Part shown: positions 1 through 8,001 of the stretch, piece by piece
Numbering within the stretch: position 1 is the stretch's first letter
Layout of the letters: the number at the start of each line of letters is the position of its first letter
Source: Parcubacteria group bacterium Gr01-1014_3
GTDB taxonomy: Bacteria; Patescibacteriota; Minisyncoccia; UBA6257; WO2-44-18
DNA length: 64,000 nucleotides
Direction of reading: 5' to 3'
Assembly: GCA_007376445.1 (NCBI GenBank)
Contig: VMGF01000002.1
Location: 103,928-167,927, forward strand
The notes under the pieces: model-generated
Told to the model about the DNA's origin: nothing
The model's input: only the letters and a program-made list of their open reading frames with translations
Databases searched by the model: none
Made by a program: the position numbers and the translations under genes

Positions 1-25
1 GAAAGAGAAGAAAGAGAGAAAAGGA

Positions 26-262
26 ATGGCTAAGCGTAGTGCGGAAGTTAAGATGATTTTCGTATTAAACTGGTCCTGTTACTTCGGGCCTAGGGATTCG
101 GATTCTGGCGGCGAAGAAATGTATGCCGACTCGGAAGAAGAAGGCATTGAGTTAGTAAAGTTCCGGATCAATGAAATTAAAGAGGAAATTCGTAAAAGCA
201 AGGGCAAAGACCCAAAAGAATTTCATTGTTCTTTCTACAAAAGAATAAAAATCCCCGAGTAA
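26..262 (+). CDS. Hypothetical protein (78 aa)
   Basis: ORF with AAGGA SD-like sequence upstream, ending in a terminator hairpin; no recognisable family. Confidence 0.5.
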   Translation: MAKRSAEVKMIFVLNWSCYFGPRDSDSGGEEMYADSEEEGIELVKFRINEIKEEIRKSKGKDPKEFHCSFYKRIKIPE

Positions 263-275
263 CGGGGATTTTTTT
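247..275. terminator. Bidirectional intrinsic terminator
   Basis: AAAAATCCCCG-agtaa-CGGGGATTTTT between convergent genes. Confidence 0.75.
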
Positions 276-1302
276 ATTCTTTAATGATCGGAGACTCTAA
301 AACTTGCGGCTCAATATCCATAGATTTACCCGTAATCTTCAAAATATCCTTATCTATTTTGCCGAATTCTTTAGAAGCCTGATTGTACATATTCACCGAA
401 GTTCCGAGATTCTTGCCCAGTTTTTGCATAAACTCATCATAACTTCCCAAATGCGACGTGAGCCGCTCCACGTTTTTACGGATTTCTTTAACCGATTCCT
501 CTATCTGAAGGGCTTTCAATCCCTGAAGCACCGTCTGTAAATATGCCAGAAAAGATGTCGGCGAAACAATAATGACGTGCTTTTCTTTGAATGCATATTC
601 AATCAGGTCGCGGGTATTCACTTTTACCGCGCCAACTTGAGCGATCAAAAGATCGTAATAGATCGCTTCATGCGGGATAAACATAAAAGCGAAGTCCATC
701 GTGTTTTCATCTGGCTTCACATACTTAGCGGTTTCATCAATCCTATTTTTGAGATCGTTTTTAAATGCTTTTTCTAGGCGCTCTTTTTCCAATGGATCTC
801 TTTCTTCCACGAGCCGGTTGTAATTTTCGATAGAAAACTTGGAGTCGATCGGGATAACTTTGTCTTTTACAAAAACTACCGCGTCCACAATCGTGCCGTC
901 CTTAAATGGATACTGCATCTGGTAATTTCCGGGCGGCAAAACATTCTTCAGTACCGTTTCCAGAAAATATTCTCCTAAGATCCCTCTTTGTTTCGGATTT
1001 TTTAAAATATCTTGCAGGTTTTTCAACTGATCGGCAAAACCAACTACCTGCTTATTGGTCTCGTCGAGCCTAACCAACCGCTCTGTCACATCTCGGATGA
1101 TCCTGGCGCTCTGGCCGAACTGCTCCTGCATCAGGTGAGCCGACTCCCCCATTTTTTTATCCAGCGTGCGAGCGATCTCGTTGATCTGACCCTGAAGCAT
1201 CAGCATGGCCTGATCATCCTTTTTCTCTTCCTTTTTCCGGGAAAGTAAAAAGATCACCACCGCGAAACCGATTATTAATATAGCCGCCAAAATCCACTCC
1301 AT
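274..1302 (-). CDS. rmuC: DNA recombination protein RmuC
   Basis: N-terminal TM and coiled coil; KQRGILGE, IDSKF, FMFIPHE and VSPTS motifs. Confidence 0.92.
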   Translation of the reverse strand: MEWILAAILIIGFAVVIFLLSRKKEEKKDDQAMLMLQGQINEIARTLDKKMGESAHLMQEQFGQSARIIRDVTERLVRLDETNKQVVGFADQLKNLQDILKNPKQRGILGEYFLETVLKNVLPPGNYQMQYPFKDGTIVDAVVFVKDKVIPIDSKFSIENYNRLVEERDPLEKERLEKAFKNDLKNRIDETAKYVKPDENTMDFAFMFIPHEAIYYDLLIAQVGAVKVNTRDLIEYAFKEKHVIIVSPTSFLAYLQTVLQGLKALQIEESVKEIRKNVERLTSHLGSYDEFMQKLGKNLGTSVNMYNQASKEFGKIDKDILKITGKSMDIEPQVLESPIIKE

Positions 1303-1548
1303 ATATTTAGTTTACCTTTAACTGAACAAACAAAAAAGACGCCCTCACAGCGCCTTTCTTGTTTCTGATCTCATTTCCCTTGGCCACTTCCCAAACTTTA
1401 TGCTTCAAGAGGTATTTCTCATGCTGCAGACACAGAAACGCCTATTTCAGAACTCTGTCCGGAACTAACCTTAAGATAAATTGACTCAGCTATAAACTGG
1501 CTCAATAAGCATACCATTTTTGGCAAAATAAGTTATCCCCAGCCTGAA

Positions 1549-1881
1549 TTAATGCTCTTCTTTGGCCAGAACTGCCAACGCGAGGGCTGAAAGCGCCAGC
1601 GAAATATCCCGGAACACCACATCCAGAGCGGAAAGATTAATGACTACGATGCCAAGAAGCATGCCGGCGCTCAAAGATGCCGCGTAAAAAGTTTTGTAAC
1701 CGCTGACCAGCCAAATGCTCATGAAAACCTGACCGAGACCGAAAAACGTCAGCCAGCCCGTGGTTCGCACGAACTCCGGCAACCAGCCAACCCACGCTTC
1801 CGGATAGATAAAACTGGAAATGGCAGCGTAAGAAAAAGCGAACGCGAGACTTAACCTTAAAATTAATGAGGCGTTTTTCAT
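1549..1881 (-). CDS. DoxX-like membrane protein
   Basis: LRLSLA start, TM helices, RDI motif near the C-terminus. Confidence 0.65.
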   Translation of the reverse strand: MKNASLILRLSLAFAFSYAAISSFIYPEAWVGWLPEFVRTTGWLTFFGLGQVFMSIWLVSGYKTFYAASLSAGMLLGIVVINLSALDVVFRDISLALSALALAVLAKEEH

Positions 1882-1884
1882 GGT

Positions 1885-2502
1885 TTAGACTTTAAAAACA
1901 ATAAATTTATATCCAAAGAAGTTAATCATGATAGTTACCGGAGCCGCGATCAGCTTTGCGATATTCTCCCAGACCGGCGGACTAATGGTCTCCGGCGCGC
2001 CGATAATGGTGGTCAAGAAATAGACCATAGATGAATTAATAATGACCGTGACCAGATTAATTCCGAGAAAATAAATAAATTCCTTCCAGTGAAAAGCGTG
2101 GGTGTTTTTGAACGCCCAAAACTTGTTTAAGAGAAAACTATTTATAAGCGCGGCTAACAAGGCGATGATGTTGAAGACTACTAATAAACCTCCGGAATAA
2201 ACCCGGAAAATAGCGCTGAAAAAATTCAATATCCCAATATCCAGCAAAGCGTTGGTAGATCCGGCCGCGGCGTATTTCACGAACTGCCAGAGATTCGCCC
2301 ATCGAGAACCCAGCCATCCCCCAACTGTGAGCGCAAGATTGGCAAAAACCAAAAAACCAAGAATAATACCGGCCGAATTAATGAAAGTGAACGCCCAAAA
2401 ATCCGGCTTGGTATTCTCCAAAATCGGCAAAATTAGCAAACCGAAAAGAACCCCGACATAAGAAACTATTAAGTAATCCTTGGAGACGGCAAGATTTCTC
2501 AT
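1885..2502 (-). CDS. GtrA-family membrane protein
   Basis: QFVKY, NSFLLNKFWAF and NFFGYKFIVF motifs. Confidence 0.8.
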   Translation of the reverse strand: MRNLAVSKDYLIVSYVGVLFGLLILPILENTKPDFWAFTFINSAGIILGFLVFANLALTVGGWLGSRWANLWQFVKYAAAGSTNALLDIGILNFFSAIFRVYSGGLLVVFNIIALLAALINSFLLNKFWAFKNTHAFHWKEFIYFLGINLVTVIINSSMVYFLTTIIGAPETISPPVWENIAKLIAAPVTIMINFFGYKFIVFKV

Positions 2503-2517
2503 TATCGAATCTGGAGA

Positions 2518-3288
2518 CTAGCGAATTTCGTAGGTTACATTAACACTCACTGTTACTTCCTGACTGCCTGGTTCGATAGCTGGCGCGGGAGCAGCTATAG
2601 GCCCACCCATATCGCCACCTTTACCGAAAGTTTCATACATCGGATATGGCCGCGGATAACCGCCAGAAGACTCATAAAAGTTAATCACCCGGGAAATACG
2701 GACGCCGTTTTGATCCGCCATAGCCTCAGCCTTAGCCCTGGCCTTCGCGAATGCTTCTTCCCTAGCCTGGCTTAAAAACTTATCCGGATCCTCGATATCG
2801 AATGACAAGCTACTAATATCATTGATGCCATAGGTCGGTAGAGAACCAATTAACTTTCCTACTTTAGCGAAATCACGGACTTTCACGAAAACCGTCTGAG
2901 TGATCGTATAACCGTTGATGAAGCTACGGCCAGTCTTTGGATCATAATTATATTTCGGAGATAGGTTGTATCCGGCCGTCTTAATGTCTTTTGACTCAAC
3001 TCCTTGAGATTTAACGTACGCGATCGCGGCGTTCATTTTCTTGGTATTTTCCTCGGCTAACACCTCTGGATCCTTGCCCTCGGCCACGACCGAAAAAGAA
3101 AACTGCGCGATATCCGGCGCGACCACTGTTTTGCCCTCTGCCGTTACGCTGATAGTGCGGGACGGAATGGTCGCGTTGGATGAGATCCAAAGTGACTTGG
3201 CCCACATCAAACCTAAAATGCTCACGACCGCTAATGATACATTCACCAATATCCAGAAAATTCTTCTTGAATCGAATTTTGATGCCAT
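2518..3288 (-). CDS. SIMPL/DUF541 domain protein
   Basis: ISVTAEGKTVVAPDIA, AREEAFAKARAKA and V.V.YEI motifs. Confidence 0.85.
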   Translation of the reverse strand: MASKFDSRRIFWILVNVSLAVVSILGLMWAKSLWISSNATIPSRTISVTAEGKTVVAPDIAQFSFSVVAEGKDPEVLAEENTKKMNAAIAYVKSQGVESKDIKTAGYNLSPKYNYDPKTGRSFINGYTITQTVFVKVRDFAKVGKLIGSLPTYGINDISSLSFDIEDPDKFLSQAREEAFAKARAKAEAMADQNGVRISRVINFYESSGGYPRPYPMYETFGKGGDMGGPIAAPAPAIEPGSQEVTVSVNVTYEIR

Positions 3289-3289
3289 G

Positions 3290-3979
3290 TTAATATTTTT
3301 TACTTATTTCGACGATTTTTATAATTTCTTTTGCTTCTAGACTAGCGCCCCCTACCAACGCGCCATCAATTCCCTCTTTACTTAAGAACTCCTCGACGTT
3401 CTGGCTGGTCACGGAACCACCGTAGATAATTCGAGGGTTTAGGGTATAGGGTTTAGCGTTTAGGGTTTCCTTAATGAATTGTACCATTTTCAGCATACTC
3501 TCTGGACTATCCGGTGTGCCGGTGCCGATGGCCCAGATTGGCTCGTAAGCTATAACTAAATTTTCAATTTTAAATTTTAAATTTTCAAGTAAGGATAGGC
3601 CGATTTTTAGTTCACGGCCAACGACTTCTTCGGTTTCATTGGCATCCCGCTCAGCCCTGGATTCACCAACGCACAAGATCGGGATTAACCCGTCTTCTAC
3701 CGCCTGAGCCATTTTTTCCGCTACCGTCTCGTCAGTCTCGCCTAATTTTCGGCGATCCGAATGGCCGATGATCACATATTCCAGATTTTCCGGTACGGCC
3801 TCTCCTGTCATATCCTGCGCGCCGAGTTTGGCGGTTTTTATATTTTCAGCGACCACTTTTAAAAACGAAAATGGCGGACAGATCACCAATCCTTCGACAT
3901 CACTATCTTTTGCAAGCTGAGCTGCCTCATTTTCTGTTTCCGGGTGCGACTTCCAATTAGCAATAATGAGTTTGGACAT
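3290..3979 (-). CDS. tpiA: Triosephosphate isomerase
   Basis: ANWK, IGHSDRR, AYEPIWAIGTG, YGGSV and LVGGASL motifs. Confidence 0.95.
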   Translation of the reverse strand: MSKLIIANWKSHPETENEAAQLAKDSDVEGLVICPPFSFLKVVAENIKTAKLGAQDMTGEAVPENLEYVIIGHSDRRKLGETDETVAEKMAQAVEDGLIPILCVGESRAERDANETEEVVGRELKIGLSLLENLKFKIENLVIAYEPIWAIGTGTPDSPESMLKMVQFIKETLNAKPYTLNPRIIYGGSVTSQNVEEFLSKEGIDGALVGGASLEAKEIIKIVEISKKY

Positions 3980-4085
3980 TAACAATAATTATAGCAAAAA
4001 TCCCCACTTTGGGGGATTTTTTGACTTTTGTAATACTTGCTGTTATATTATGCCTAGTTCTTAAACACTTTTTTTGGAGGCCGAG

Positions 4086-4775
4086 ATGATTGAGAACGCG
4101 ACATTTGTGACATGGGTAGCCGGAGTTATGGCCGTTGGAGCGATTGGTTTTTGGATCTTGGTGGCTCTGGAGTTTATCTGCCTGATTACCTGTATGGCGA
4201 AGGACAAGGGTACCTGGGCTACGGTCTCGCTGATCGCCACCTGCGCCATTCTGAATTGGGTTTCGGGCATGCCTTTGCTTCACTGGGTCGCCGGACACTT
4301 TTGGCTCGCGCTGGCATATGCCGGGGGCTATTTCGTAGCCGGAACGGTCTGGTCAGTGGTCAAGTGGTATTCATATGTCACCGATCAACGCGAACGCTAC
4401 GACGAGATGAAGGATGCGTTTTTCAAAAACTATAACCTTAATGCCATTACCGCCGATAACCGCACTGCGTGGAAGCGCTGGCTGGATGATGGGCATGAAT
4501 CTGGCAAGGGATGTGGCAGGACCCGATGCAAGTGTGTTGGTCAGCCCCTTGCCCGCAATCATAAAGATGACGTGATCCGCTGGATGTCCTATTGGCCATT
4601 CAGTCTCCTCTGGACCGTGCTCTTCAACTGGGTGGTGAAGGTATGCCACAAGATTTATCAGCACATCCAGGCTTCACTCCAAAGAATCTCCGACTACAAG
4701 TTCAAGGATACGGCTTCCGACTTCACTGACGAACAGCCCGACGCGAAGGTAGCTGACAAGGATGCTAAGCCTTAA
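4086..4775 (+). CDS. Hypothetical membrane protein
   Basis: GGAGG SD, TTGACT/TATTAT promoter at 4021-4049, several TM segments, downstream terminator. Confidence 0.7.
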   Translation: MIENATFVTWVAGVMAVGAIGFWILVALEFICLITCMAKDKGTWATVSLIATCAILNWVSGMPLLHWVAGHFWLALAYAGGYFVAGTVWSVVKWYSYVTDQRERYDEMKDAFFKNYNLNAITADNRTAWKRWLDDGHESGKGCGRTRCKCVGQPLARNHKDDVIRWMSYWPFSLLWTVLFNWVVKVCHKIYQHIQASLQRISDYKFKDTASDFTDEQPDAKVADKDAKP

Positions 4776-4785
4776 ATTAAACGAC

Positions 4786-4812
4786 AAGAGTCCGCGAATG
4801 CGGACTCTTTTT
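4786..4812. terminator. Intrinsic terminator
   Basis: AAGAGTCCGC-gaat-GCGGACTCTT followed by a T-run. Confidence 0.7.
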
Positions 4813-4817
4813 ATTTG

Positions 4818-4889
4818 TTCCGGGGGGTGGAATTGAACCACCTACCTTCAGGTTATGGGCCTGACGAGCTACCGATGCTCTACCCCGGG
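4818..4889 (-). tRNA. tRNA-fMet (CAT), initiator type
   Basis: Cloverleaf CCCGGGG TA GAGC..GCTC G TCAGG-CCCATAA-CCTGA AGGTA GGTGG-TTCAATT-CCACC CCCCGGA A; C1:A72 mismatch; CCA not encoded. Confidence 0.9.
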
Positions 4890-4962
4890 GTTAGCTGTAT
4901 AATATCACGAATATTAGAAAAAATCAAAGTTAAAAAACACCCTTTCGGGTGTTTTGCATTGG

Positions 4963-5307
4963 CTACTTATTCACGATCTCGATGCCGACCTGCGCTCCGT
5001 TATAAAGAATCGGTTCGATTTTTTCGTTTGGCGCTAGCTTGAGGTGATGTGCCAGGCGCTTCCAGGTGTGCATCGGATCCCATGGATTATTACGGCTTGG
5101 CTCTTCGGTGGTCGGCTCAACGCTGAGAACTTCGTGCAGGTATTCATAGGCATCCAGAGTTTCTTCGCCGCGCATCGCCGCCGCGACACGCCGAGCCTGA
5201 TCAATATCAAGCGCCATGATCACTCGGCTCTTCTGATCCTGCAAAGATTCGGCAAATCCATCGTGATAAATCACGCTAAATTCAATCTTGAAAGCCAAAT
5301 GCTTCAT
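4963..5307 (-). CDS. Hypothetical protein
   Basis: AGGAG SD upstream; 114 aa; no family recognised. Confidence 0.6.
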   Translation of the reverse strand: MKHLAFKIEFSVIYHDGFAESLQDQKSRVIMALDIDQARRVAAAMRGEETLDAYEYLHEVLSVEPTTEEPSRNNPWDPMHTWKRLAHHLKLAPNEKIEPILYNGAQVGIEIVNK

Positions 5308-5373
5308 CCCGTCATCTCCTTAAGAACTTCGAAAACTTTACTACACAAATTAGCAAAAGTCAAATAGGATTGA

Positions 5374-5464
5374 CCCCGTTAGAAGTAGCCCGCCCATAGG
5401 CCCCTCCGGGGCGCGCATAGCCTGCCTGCCGGTAGGCATGCCGCGGGCGAGACTTCTAACGGGG
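5374..5464. mobile_element. MITE-like palindromic element with TIR CCCCGTTAGAAGT and TTGA target duplication
   Basis: 13-bp terminal inverted repeats 5374-5386 and 5452-5464, flanked by TTGA at 5370-5373 and 5465-5468. Confidence 0.6.
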
Positions 5465-5504
5465 TTGATAAATAGCTCTAAAACCGCTATAATTCCTTTA
5501 GAAA

Positions 5505-5576
5505 GGCGGCGTAGCTCAGTGGTAGAGCGAGCGTTTCATAAGCGCTAGGTCACAGGTTCGATCCCTGTCGCCGCTA
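5505..5576 (+). tRNA. tRNA-Met (CAT), elongator type
   Basis: GGCGGCG acceptor, AGCGT-TTCATAA-GCGCT anticodon arm, ACAGG-TTCGATC-CCTGT T arm; TTGATA..TATAAT promoter upstream; Ile2 identity not excluded. Confidence 0.88.
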
Positions 5577-5793
5577 CTAATGAAATTGTGGAACCAAACA
5601 CAAAAGTCGATTGCGTTTTTCAACTCCAACCTCCTGGGCAGGGATCGAACCGTGTTTCGCCCCGTATCAGGAAGGCTATCGGAAACCGAAGGTGTCCGAG
5701 ATGGGGGTCGGGGCGAAACGCATGGTTCGGTGAGCTTTTGGGCTATCCAGCCAAAAGCGAAACTTTAATCCCTGTCGCCGCTACAAATGAAAT
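5561..5793 (+). repeat. 26-bp direct repeat of the tRNA-Met 3' end (5561-5586 and 5768-5793)
   Basis: ATCCCTGTCGCCGCTAC[T/A]AATGAAAT, one mismatch, 207 bp apart. Confidence 0.85.
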
Positions 5794-7049
5794 CGCACAT
5801 GAAAATAGCAATTCTTGGCTTTGGACGTGAGGGAAAGGCGGTTTTCAAGTTTCTCTCCGCCCGAGGCGGATCCTCCTTCGGAGGAAAAAAAAATAAATAT
5901 AAAAAGGCAACTATAGAAGTTCTCGATCAGAAACATGGCCAGGATTATCTGAAAGATCTTGATACTTTCGATCTGGTCTTCCGCTCCCCTGGCGTGCCGT
6001 ATAATCGTCCGGAAATTCAACGAGCGATAAAAAATGGAGTTAAGTTCTCCAGCGTCACCAAATTATTTTTTGAACTCTGCCCGGCGAAAGTTATCGGAAT
6101 TACCGGAACAAAAGGAAAAGGCACGACTGCTACCCTGCTCTATAAGATCCTTAAAGCTTCTGGCGCGGACGTTCATCTCGCCGGAAATATCGGAAAACCA
6201 GCCATCGATATCCTCCCAAAACTGCGCAACTCATCGACTGTTATCTTGGAGCTTTCCAGCTTCCAGCTTCAGGACCTCGGCCAGTCCCCGCCAATTTCTA
6301 TTGTCACAGAAACCTTTGAAGACCACATGGACGCGCATAAGAGCGTCAAAGAATATCTGGACGCCAAAACTAATATCGCCCGACATCAAAAAAAGGACGA
6401 TGTGATTTTCTACTTCGCCGATAGCGACTGGGCTAAAAAGATCGCCCTCAAAAGTCCGGCGAAAAAGATCGCGGTCTATGGCGGATCATTCGGCTTAAAA
6501 AAGAACTTCGTGATGGCGGCAACCGTCGCGGCTTATCTTGGTGTAGACAGAAAATTCATCGTGCGGACTCTCAAAAACTTCCCAGGCATTAAACATCGGA
6601 TGGAATTAGTTGCGGAAAATTGTGGAGTCCGGTTTTATAACGATTCCGCCAGCACTAATCCTAGGACAACCGCGGCCGCGATCTTAGAATTTACTAATAC
6701 CCTAAACGCTAAACCCTATCCCCTAGTTCTAATCGCCGGAGGCAAAGACAAGAATCTGGACTACGCGCCGCTCGCTACCACCTTAGCCAATACATCTCAC
6801 GTAAAAACCGTGATCCTTCTAGGAGAAAACAAAAATAAGGTTTTCGAAAAATTGAAAATTGAAAATTTAAAATTGAAAATTGAACTTGCCGATGATCTTG
6901 AGATCGCGGTAAAAAACGCCTATCAATCAGCTAAAATATACGGTGGTGCTGTGCTTTTTTCGCCTGGAGCGGCAAGTTTCGATATGTTCAAAGACTATCA
7001 AGACCGCGGCGAGCAGTTTAAAGAGATTGTCAAAAAGCTTAAAAAGTAA
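5787..7049 (+). CDS. murD: UDP-N-acetylmuramoyl-L-alanine:D-glutamate ligase
   Basis: SPGVP, GITGTKGK, ELSSFQL, HRME, YNDS and SPGAASFD motifs. Confidence 0.93.
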   Translation: MKSHMKIAILGFGREGKAVFKFLSARGGSSFGGKKNKYKKATIEVLDQKHGQDYLKDLDTFDLVFRSPGVPYNRPEIQRAIKNGVKFSSVTKLFFELCPAKVIGITGTKGKGTTATLLYKILKASGADVHLAGNIGKPAIDILPKLRNSSTVILELSSFQLQDLGQSPPISIVTETFEDHMDAHKSVKEYLDAKTNIARHQKKDDVIFYFADSDWAKKIALKSPAKKIAVYGGSFGLKKNFVMAATVAAYLGVDRKFIVRTLKNFPGIKHRMELVAENCGVRFYNDSASTNPRTTAAAILEFTNTLNAKPYPLVLIAGGKDKNLDYAPLATTLANTSHVKTVILLGENKNKVFEKLKIENLKLKIELADDLEIAVKNAYQSAKIYGGAVLFSPGAASFDMFKDYQDRGEQFKEIVKKLKK

Positions 7050-7065
7050 TAGAATAGAAGCACTT

Positions 7066-7143
7066 GCGGTGGTGGTGTAGCCTGGTTAACATGCCTCCCT
7101 GTCACGGAGGAGATCGCCGGTTCAAATCCGGTCCACCGCGCCA
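7066..7143 (+). tRNA. tRNA-Asp (GTC)
   Basis: GCGGTGG acceptor, CCTCC-CTGTCAC-GGAGG anticodon arm, TTCAAAT T-loop, G discriminator plus CCA. Confidence 0.95.
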
Positions 7144-7166
7144 AATCAGCCTTATTTTACAGGGTA

Positions 7167-7194
7167 TTGACAAATCCTGTGGGTTTGCTATAAT
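7167..7194 (+). promoter_or_regulatory. Sigma70 promoter
   Basis: TTGACA-16 nt-TATAAT with extended -10 TG. Confidence 0.75.
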
Positions 7195-7199
7195 TACAC

Positions 7200-7351
7200 C
7201 AGTAATAAATATTGAGTTGGGCCTTAAAATCTAGCCAGCCAGTCTTCCTTATAGGAGCGCTAGACAACTCCCGGTTACCGAGTGCGGTTCATGACCCCGG
7301 TGCCGGCCTGACGACGAAATCCCATAGCCTGTGAAGCTATGGGATTTTTTT
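7200..7351 (+). ncRNA. Candidate small non-coding RNA
   Basis: Consensus promoter and strong terminator (7317-7351) enclose an ORF-less region with nested stems. Confidence 0.4.
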
Positions 7352-7354
7352 AAT

Positions 7355-7900
7355 CTAATCAATCAATCCAAACTCTTGGAGGGCTTTTTTGTATATTTTC
7401 AAAACTTCAATGGCTTCGGCGTGAGCGAGGCTAAACTCCGGATCCTTGCTAACTTTGCTCCGGACCGCGTGAGCTTGCATTACCTGATCGTAGTTTGAGA
7501 TCAGCTCCGTGCTTAATGCGTTAAAACGCTCATCCACGGACGGCTGATTATAACCGCTGGACCGCAATACATCGTCGAGTAGTTTATCCGCTTCCAAAAT
7601 CGCCATTTTCCATTCGGTCTGATCCGGCTCTTTAGACCGATGAACGATCTTATGCCAAGCCTTCATATGCCGCCTCTTACCCACATCGCCATAGCCGGTT
7701 TTATCCATATAAAACTCCACCTTCTTTTTCGCGAAGCCAGTATTGATGATCATATAAACTATTCCCCAGAAAAGCAGGCCGGAAATCACGATAGAAATCA
7801 CCCAAAACCACGGCAAAAGCGGGCCGAAGAAATCGATCATCCATTCCCGGAATTTCAAAGTTGCCTCTACAGCCTGATTAATCGTTTGTTGTCCTTTCAT
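7355..7900 (-). CDS. Hypothetical membrane-anchored helical protein
   Basis: One TM, AILEADKLLD and AH.VR motifs; function unknown. Confidence 0.75.
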   Translation of the reverse strand: MKGQQTINQAVEATLKFREWMIDFFGPLLPWFWVISIVISGLLFWGIVYMIINTGFAKKKVEFYMDKTGYGDVGKRRHMKAWHKIVHRSKEPDQTEWKMAILEADKLLDDVLRSSGYNQPSVDERFNALSTELISNYDQVMQAHAVRSKVSKDPEFSLAHAEAIEVLKIYKKALQEFGLID

Positions 7901-7903
7901 AGT

Positions 7904-7993
7904 TACGAATATCGAATTAATACGAACAAGCGAATAAACGAATTACGAATTAACCATTCGATTATTCGTATATTCGTTCAGATTCGTTATTCG
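7904..7993. repeat. Inverted array of short degenerate repeats (ACGAAT / ATTCGT)
   Basis: About 6 CGAAT-like units followed by about 5 ATTCG units. Confidence 0.7.
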
Positions 7994-8001
7994 CCACACC
8001 T

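Noticed and set aside
3433-3467. Telomeric TTTAGGG repeats as eukaryotic contamination
   Set aside because: Only 4-5 degenerate units, in frame within bacterial tpiA
4815-5042. 75-aa plus-strand ORF
   Set aside because: Antisense to tRNA-fMet; spurious
5580-5830. Short ORFs within the tRNA-Met insert
   Set aside because: No SD or recognisable domain; the ATG derives from the duplicated segment
7308-7347. Hammerhead ribozyme (CTGACGA..GAAA)
   Set aside because: Only 1 nt separates the motifs, so there is no stem II, and no stem I partner
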